A stretch of DNA of 5,452 nucleotides from Ascoidea asiatica JCM 7603 (lineage: Eukaryota; Fungi; Ascomycota). Positions within the stretch are counted from its first letter, which is position 1. Every line of letters begins with the position of its first letter. Of the stretch, positions 1 through 5,452 are shown piece after piece. The notes below the pieces were generated by a model. That model did not search any database. It was not told the DNA's origin and saw only the letters and a list, made by a program, of their open reading frames with translations. Location: contig BCKQ01000032.1 in NCBI GenBank assembly GCA_001600695.1, positions 4,465-9,916 on the forward strand, written 5' to 3'. The position numbers and the translations under genes are program-made.

Positions 1-1361
1 GGTGATAGAGTTTTCAAATTCAAATCCTTCTATTATTTAGATATTCTATCTTTACTTCAAACGTTTGTTATTCCATCTTTTTTCGGTATGAAAGAAGAAA
101 AGGCTTTTAAAACTCATGCTGCCATGTTCTTTACCTCTCAGGATGTATTGTTTGAACGATCTAATTTGTTACCTAGACTTGTGGTAACTGATCCTAAGCT
201 CATTTGTCAATTAGTTCATGTTGTTCATAGCTCACATGGTCATGCTGGTAGAGATAAGACGTTTTTTCATCTATCCAATCTGTATTTCATTCGTATGCTT
301 AATCCAGTTGTTGCTTATCATGTAAAGTCATGTGACTGCTGTCAATTTTATAAATCATCAACGCCGGTTTTTTGATCCCTTACAATTAATTATACCTTCT
401 GGAATATTCAAATATGTTGCTATTGATACAATTCATTTACCTACAACTATTGATGGATATTCATATGTGTATGTTTAAGATGCACCTTCACTCCCTTTTT
501 AGAAGCTATTGCTTTGAAGATACAAGATGCCGTTTCTGTTGCGAAATTTATATATGATACCTTGAAGCTATATGTCGATATGGAGGTGTTTACAATTTAC
601 AGTCTGTTGGTAGATCAGAGTTTTAAAACAAAGTATTAAAACAACTTTTATCTAATCAAGCGATTAAACATAGAATTTTTTCTGCTTTTTACCCAACTCC
701 TAATGGTTTGATAGAAAGATCTCATGCTTTTTTCTAAACAGTTTTAAATCATTACGACAAGCACTGGTTGAAACAATTAAGTGCAGCTATTTATGCTGAC
801 AGAAATACTGTTAGGCCATTGCTAGGAATCACTGAAGCTGGGTTGGTATATGGAAGTCTTCCATTTTCCAGTTATGATCAATGTTATTATAGTTTGCCAT
901 TTATTAAAAATGATTCTTTTACTGATGATGAGCTATACAACATAAGAGTAAAACAAATTGAATTTGGGCAATGGTCAAATACTCAAGTTGTTCTGAAAAT
1001 TAAATTCTATAGAGAACAAATGAAAGAAGGTTTTGATAAAGCTCACATTACTTCCGACACAAAATTGGCTGAAGGTGTATATGTTTTGGTTAAGGATGTT
1101 AATAATCATAAAATGGCTGGGTTTAAATCGTTACCACGGTATGCTGGCCCATATAAAATTAAGCTGAATAAATTAGGTGCATATGTATTAATGGATTTAA
1201 ACAATGCTCAATTAAAGCGCACATTTGCAAGGTCTCATTTAAAGCTATACTCATTACGTCCTGGTTCAACATATGCTGACGTGCACGTTCCAATATTTAC
1301 AACTTCTGGTAAAGGTTTCAAAGCCTTAGATGCTAAATTGACATGTGAAAAAACAGGCTAG
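1..1361 (+). pseudogene. pol: Disrupted Ty3/Gypsy pol, integrase region (zinc finger, rve core, GPY/F C-terminal domain)
   Basis: Frame 1 is open from base 1 and encodes H-X4-H-X29-C-X2-C (HSSHGHAGRDKT...VKSCDCCQ, 226-342). After a +1 shift in the T6 run at 368-373 it reads DPLQLIIPSGIFKYVAIDTIHLP (first Asp 425-427). Further shifts occur near 476 and 555-570. It then reads ICRYGGVYNLQSVGRSEF*NK...AFYPTPNGLIERSH (Glu 714-716), with in-frame TAA at 624-626 and 735-737, and joins ORF 768-1361 containing PRYAGPYKI (GPY 1146-1154) and GAYVLMDL...SHLKLY. Confidence 0.92.
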
Positions 1362-1364
1362 GGG
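1347..1364 (+). other. Polypurine tract (plus-strand primer site) overlapping the pol stop codon
   Basis: GAAAAAACAGGCTAGGGG, 15 of 18 purines, ending in G4 and separated by TATTA from the TGTTG at 1370. Confidence 0.7.
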
Positions 1365-1425
1365 TATTATGTTGTAGTCAAAACGCAACACGTACTAAAT
1401 TTGGTAACTGCATGTTGCTAAGAAT

Positions 1426-1439
1426 AGCCACGCGTGGCT
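1426..1439. promoter_or_regulatory. Perfect 14 bp palindrome with an MluI/MCB-like core in the LTR
   Basis: AGCCACGCGTGGCT is its own reverse complement, with ACGCGT at 1430-1435. The sequence is certain; a regulatory function is inferred. Confidence 0.45.
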
Positions 1440-1480
1440 CCTTTGTCTAATGTTGCATATGTTTTGCTCGGGTATTGTTG

Positions 1481-1520
1481 TGACTCAGCCTGCGGTTAGT
1501 CTGAAAAGCCATATGAGTCA
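1481..1520. promoter_or_regulatory. Inverted pair of AP-1/Gcn4(CpcA)-type bZIP sites in the LTR
   Basis: TGACTCA at 1481-1487 and TGAGTCA at 1514-1520, 26 nt apart. Both match the TGASTCA consensus exactly. Confidence 0.5.
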
Positions 1521-1590
1521 ATCTGTTTGTGTAATTGTGCTTTTTGTTTGTCTCTCAATTGAATGTCTCTGATTGTGAGGGCAATTGTGA

Positions 1591-1725
1591 TTCCTCCTTT
1601 TTGTTCTTTCTTTCTTCCTATCTCTTTCTCTCTGTCTTTGCTCCTCCCTTGCTGATTCTTTTCCTTTTCCCTTTCTTTTCCTTTTCGATCCTTTGCTCTT
1701 TCCCCGTCTATCTCTTGACCTTTTT
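1591..1725 (+). repeat. Long low-complexity polypyrimidine (CT-rich) tract within the LTR
   Basis: About 135 nt made almost entirely of C/T (TTCCTCCTTTTTGTTCTTTCTTTCTTCC...). A second, shorter tract lies at about 1766-1802. Confidence 0.85.
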
Positions 1726-1806
1726 GATTCAGAACAATACCACTAAATGCTGTAAATAAAGGTGGTCTCTTTCCTTTCTTTTACTTTTCTTTCTATTCTT
1801 TCGAAA

Positions 1807-1824
1807 TATAAAGCTTTTAATAAA
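1807..1824 (+). terminator. Candidate LTR 3'-end formation signals (TATAAA and AATAAA)
   Basis: TATAAA at 1807-1812 and AATAAA at 1819-1824, shortly before the LTR end. Another AATAAA is at 1755-1760. These hexamers are common in AT-rich DNA. Confidence 0.4.
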
Positions 1825-1843
1825 GAAACTTGTTGCGATAACA

Positions 1844-3575
1844 GTTAGTAAATTCGTTACCAGTGTTTGGTAACGAACAGTTTGAATTTAACAATAACGA
1901 ACTGTTCTTTGATAGTGATACTTATGCATATGATGAAATTTCCCATGGTTCCTTATCAAATCTCTACGGATCCGCTGCTAGACCGGTTTTGCTTAGGTCA
2001 TTCAAATGTTGCTGAAAAAGTTGCACAAGGTACAGAAAGAAACCATATTACTGGTACTCCTTCCGCTGCTTGTCCGGGTGACCCAATGAAAATATTTTTG
2101 CTGTTTTTCCCACAAAACAATATATGCACAATTCTGGCTCCAACTAATAAATATAAGGAAACTCAGCACAATGGTAAAAGGCTACCAGCTAAAGTTGCTT
2201 CACATGAAATTTAGTTTTTTTTAGGAATCATATTAGAATTTGGGACAAATAAGATTACACAAATTGAGGATTTTTATTACAAAAAAAAAGAAAATTCCAA
2301 AAATATTTAACTGGCAAAGCATTACAATAGAATTAACCTTATTAAATTGTTTTTACAAGTGTCAAATCCCACGGAGACGCAAATAGGCGTGAAGCTACCT
2401 TGGGATAACGTGAGTTTACTAGCGGATCATATTGTTAGGACAAGTCATAAACATTACAATCTGGATTGGACGTGTCCATAGATGAAATTATAATAAAGTT
2501 TCAACGAAGATCTCGGGATAATACCGTGGTAATGAATAAGCCAATAAAATTGGGGTACAACGTGTTTGCGTTGGATGAAGCCAGATACACATGCTCAATG
2601 GTTTACAGCTCACGGAATAAATCACGGGGTCTAATTTAGTTCAAAAACTTGGAAACTTTAGCGCCAAAGAGTCACTTATGGCTCATCTTTCCGGTGAAAT
2701 CCAAAATCCCGGCATGACGGTTTTACTCATGGATCATTATTCTTCCTCGGTTAAATTATTTCAATGGTTAAAAGATAAATTTATTTTCCGTGCGACTGGT
2801 ACAACTCTTCCTAACACTTCTTATCTTAAATCTATGCCCGAAATGAAAACAGAAAAAAATAATCTACAGTGGAAAGAACTTAGATATGAATATGCTGAAG
2901 ATGTTGGATGTTTTGCTTACATGGATAGAAATATTGTGCTTGGAATTAGTCCCGCCCAGCACCTAAATGAAATTGTGGAAAAGAGAAACACCCTCCTAAC
3001 ACCAAAAGTTTAGGGCAACTTAGGCTTCAAGCAATGAAATTTTCAAAAATGGTAATAAAGCGGAAGTTCCAATTCAGAGGGTTATTTGTCAATACAATCA
3101 TCGCAAGGCTGGTCTAGATATTTCCGATCAATACCGAACAACTAATACATCCAATTTAAGGGTGCGTAGAAATTGGCTTACGATTTTTGTATTTTTATTG
3201 GATGTTGCTCTCATTAACAGTGATGTGCTTTATAAAATGAAATCCGGTAAAAAACTGTTAAGCATTGGTGAATTCCGGGATAATGTGGGTAAATCCCTTA
3301 TCAGGGATAACTCAGAGGCTAGTGTGATAGTCCGGATTGTTCAGGATAATCCCGGATCTCATGAGAGGATGAAATCCACCAGCAAGGCCCGCTGTAGGTA
3401 CTGCTACTTAGCTAAGCAGCATTCGAAGGTCCTGTTTTCTGCCTTTGAGTGTCCTAGTTGCTCCGTCCATCTCTGTCCCGAGTGTTGGGTTGAGATATAT
3501 CTTGCTAGCGAACTGTGTTCGTGGTCTAAAGTTTGCAAAATCAGAATTGCGCGCAAAAATTCTAGACCACAATGA
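1844..3575 (+). pseudogene. Fragmented piggyBac-family (DDE_Tnp_1_7/PGBD-like) transposase
   Basis: Manual splicing of frames gives colinear piggyBac motifs: PMKIFLLFFP...ILAPTNKY...EI*FFLGIILEFG; NRINLIKLFLQVSNP...PWDNVSLLADHI; VSIDEIIIKFQRRS...NKPIKLGYNVFAL (Asp 2481-2483); LLMDHYSSSVKLF...ATGT (Asp 2732-2734); VICQYNHRKAGLDISDQYR (Asp 3117-3119 and 3126-3128); RRNWLTIFVFLLDVALINSDVLY; and a C-terminal CX2C-X15-CX2C-X4-C-X2-C (3393-3485). It has multiple stops and frameshifts (for example 2212-2214, ~2281-2320, ~2461, ~2637, ~3011-3023). Confidence 0.92.
1853..1877. repeat. Perfect 10 bp inverted repeat with a 5 nt loop
   Basis: TTCGTTACCA (1853-1862) - GTGTT - TGGTAACGAA (1868-1877). Confidence 0.8.
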
Positions 3576-3952
3576 AAGTGGCATTACCCTATTCATTTCT
3601 AGTTTGGAATTAGTTTTATAAATAAATTTTTAATAAATATTTTAGTTTTTTGTACGCGGCGAACAGGTGCTGGTATAGCCCAAAATTGCTTTACCACAAA
3701 AAGCACAAAATAGGGATTAAAGGGATATGAAATATAACTACGAATTAGCCAAAATTTGTGAACAATATTAAAACACAAAAGAAACATGCGTTTTTGACAC
3801 GTGCGTGAATAACCAAAACCTCTGTAATAGGTTTTTGTACAAAATGGTAGCTGATCAAAAACGAATTAAACTTGATTTTCTCTGAAAGAATATTCGAAGT
3901 CACTTTTAGTAAATAAAAAAAAGATTGAAATGAGGATGATAATAAAATAAAC

Positions 3953-4062
3953 ATTTGTAAAAACAATAATGTGTATGTCGCAATAAGGACACCGTATACT
4001 TTGTGATAAAAAAAATAAATTGCATGTTGGTGCATAAAGTAAAAAATAATTTGTAAAAACAA
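3953..4062. repeat. Exact 14 bp direct repeat in the AT-rich spacer
   Basis: ATTTGTAAAAACAA at 3953-3966 and 4049-4062 (96 bp period). Both copies are preceded by AAAATA-type sequence. Confidence 0.55.
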
Positions 4063-4083
4063 AATATTGCAAAACATGCAGGA

Positions 4084-5452
4084 CTACTTTTTTTTGTTAG
4101 CAAGAAAATCATTTAACAAAATAAATTTAGCTTGTTTTGTAAATTTCTCTAGATTAGTTGATCGATTTCATTGAAACAACAATTGCAGAACTGCTGACAA
4201 AGCTACACTTAATCTCCAACGTTCACGATGATATCTATAATCGGCTATTCTTATATAATACAAACCCTTTTTTATCTAATATAACGGCGAAGTAAAATAT
4301 CTGATTGCGTCTTGCATCATTTGTCACAAAAAAGTTAAATACTTCATAAAAGACATTAACGAGTGCATTTTTAAATCCTCCATTAATTTGATCTGAAAAT
4401 TCTTTGATGTAATCTGAAACAGTATCGATAAAAGCCCAATTGTTTAAACTAGAAGCGGTAATACCTTTTATCCAAAATCTAAAGACTTTTAAATAATTAA
4501 TAGTTGGAGCATAGTTTGACTCATCCTCATATCAGTGACCATAAATTAATGATAATATTTGCTAATGAAACCCAGCCAGGAGAAAAGGGATATTCATGGA
4601 AGTATTATAATTTTTGATATTAAATATTTTCATTGATAATGGCTGTTCAATGTTATCTCTTGTCAGTTGAAGAAAACATCAATATTATCAAATTTAAGTT
4701 TCGGATCATAAAATCTGTACAATCCATATCCATTTTCACCAACGAAAACACTATCTTCAAAGTCATAATAGAATATCCACCCAAAGTGTTTACAATCATT
4801 TGCAGATTTTGAAAAGATTTCACTCATTTGATCATATTGATAGTTATCCTCTGATATTATTAGTGAAATATTTTTATCACTTCTCCATTTATCCATTAAA
4901 GGGATAAATTCAACTTTAATTGCGTTGAGATTTGATTTTGTTAATAGCAATTCAAGTTCTACTATACCCTCAAGCATATGCTTATCAAATAGTTTCTTGA
5001 CATAACTCATTTCTTCGACAGTATATCTAATATTTAAATGTTCTTTGTCTTTACAGACCTTTTTTTTGAAATCCGGAGAAATAACTGGTTCACAATAGTT
5101 TAACGTACATGGAATCTCATCATCTGAAATACCAAGTATACCAGTATCTTCCTCCTCAAGGGTATCAGCACTAGTTTTCTTAATTATTAAAATATATGGG
5201 GCATAAAGTGAGTCTAGCTCAGAATTAGGAGGGGGGAATATAAGTTTTGGTTCAGGTTCAATTTCAGAATCAGAAGATAAAGAGTTATTATCTGGAGAGG
5301 TTGTAGACGTTGGAATATGTTGGTTGAGAGTTAATGAGGCTGCAGAATTTGTTGTTGATCTTGAAATTTGTTTGATAACAGATAATGAAGAGGCAGAAGT
5401 TGGTTTTGGTGTTGAAGTTAGGTGATTTTAAAGCATTATTTGTAGAAGGATT
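4084..5452 (-). pseudogene. Disrupted gene for an unknown protein (about 450 codons visible; Ser/Thr/Pro-rich N-terminal region followed by a globular-looking, aromatic-rich region)
   Basis: The frame of ORF 4663-5010 is stop-free from 5427 to 4666 (254 codons: NHLTSTPKPTSASSLS...EPEPKLIFPPPNSELDSLYAPYIL...EEMSYVKKLF...). After a shift at ~4673-4676 it continues LQLTRDNIEQPLSMKIF...YEDESNYAPTINYLKVFRFWIKG...NWAFIDTVSDYIKEF...IFYFAVILDKKG. After a shift at ~4261-4273 it continues YYIRIADYRYHRERWRLSVALSAVLQLLFQ*NRSTNLEKF...LANKKK* (TAG 4084-4086). Confidence 0.65.

Larger units (their letters stand above)
1..1843 (+). mobile_element. 3' part of a degenerate Ty3/Gypsy (Metaviridae) LTR retrotransposon, running off the left edge of the window
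   Basis: Integrase is the last pol domain and is followed directly by a purine tract and a TG...CA-bounded segment. This IN-PPT-LTR order fits Ty3/Gypsy rather than Ty1/Copia. A GPY/F motif is present. Confidence 0.9.
1370..1843 (+). repeat. 3' long terminal repeat (~474 bp)
   Basis: Starts TGTTGTAG just after the PPT and ends CGATAACA, an imperfect terminal inverted repeat (6/8 match, TGTT...AACA). AATAAA lies 19 nt before the end. Only one copy is in the window, so the right boundary is inferred; an alternative end is TTTAACA at 1893. Confidence 0.72.
1844..3720 (+). mobile_element. piggyBac-like DNA transposon remnant with a tentative right end at GGGA|TTAA
   Basis: The transposase is as described above. 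AATAGGGA-TTAA at 3709-3720 resembles the GGG-TTAA right end and target site typical of piggyBac but has an extra A. There is no left TIR in the window to confirm it. Confidence 0.45.

Noticed and set aside
368-375. Programmed ribosomal frameshift at the T run
   Set aside because: It lies within integrase rather than at a gag-pol junction, and it is one of several disabling shifts.
1497-1742. Antisense Lys/Arg/Glu-rich open frame across the LTR (ESKRSRDRRGKSKG...)
   Set aside because: There is no start codon after the upstream TAG, and the lack of stops is expected on a G/A-only strand.
1535-1759. 74 aa Phe/Leu/Ser-rich ORF that looks like a membrane peptide
   Set aside because: It is an artefact of the pyrimidine tract in the LTR (C/T-only codons give no stops) and has a TTG start.
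1868-1880. TGGTAACGAAC as a tRNA primer-binding site, which would imply a 5' or shared LTR
   Set aside because: It is 24 nt from the preferred LTR end, I cannot match it to a tRNA 3' end, and the downstream sequence is piggyBac rather than gag.
1867-2000. N-terminal part of listed ORF 1867-2214 as the true transposase start
   Set aside because: It has a TTG start and no motif support. The acidic frame-3 reading is more plausible here, and only the part from about 2000 onward matches piggyBac.
3408-4112. Five short minus-strand ORFs (3408-3596, 3599-3787, 3745-4077, 3866-4072, 3906-4112)
   Set aside because: They overlap in all frames and are F/I/L/Y-biased because of T-rich low complexity, or lie antisense to the transposase. 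They contain no motifs.
4517-4524. Isolated TGACTCAT Gcn4-like site
   Set aside because: It is a single site inside the minus-strand coding remnant and is compatible with chance.
624-4564. Alternative genetic code (stop-codon reassignment) as an explanation for the in-frame stops
   Set aside because: All three stop types occur alongside numerous frameshifts and a mutated catalytic residue, so ordinary decay is simpler.
1-5452. CRISPR array, tRNA/rRNA genes or a prokaryotic operon
   Set aside because: There are no regularly spaced repeats with unique spacers and no recognisable RNA gene structure. The content is eukaryotic transposon-derived.

Overview
AT-rich, eukaryote-like (probably fungal) transposon-graveyard region with three decayed coding units. 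(1) 1-1843 (+): the 3' end of a Ty3/Gypsy LTR retrotransposon, comprising a disrupted integrase (HHCC finger, D..[D>V]-35-E core, GPY/F motif, no chromodomain), a polypurine tract and a ~474 bp TGTT...AACA 3' LTR. The LTR carries a 14 bp palindrome (ACGCGT core), an inverted pair of AP-1/Gcn4-type sites and a long pyrimidine tract. (2) 1844-3575 (+): a fragmented piggyBac-family DDD transposase with a C-terminal Cys-rich domain. It begins at the LTR boundary with no start codon or left end, which suggests the retrotransposon is nested inside it. (3) 4084-5452 (-): a convergent, frameshifted reading frame of about 450 codons that I cannot assign to a family and that the ORF track captures only as a 115 aa fragment. 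No RNA genes or CRISPR arrays were seen. I cannot support a claim of a new intact biological system. The best leads are the unknown minus-strand gene, the nested insertion and the LTR regulatory module. All family assignments come from manual translation and motif recognition, not database searches.
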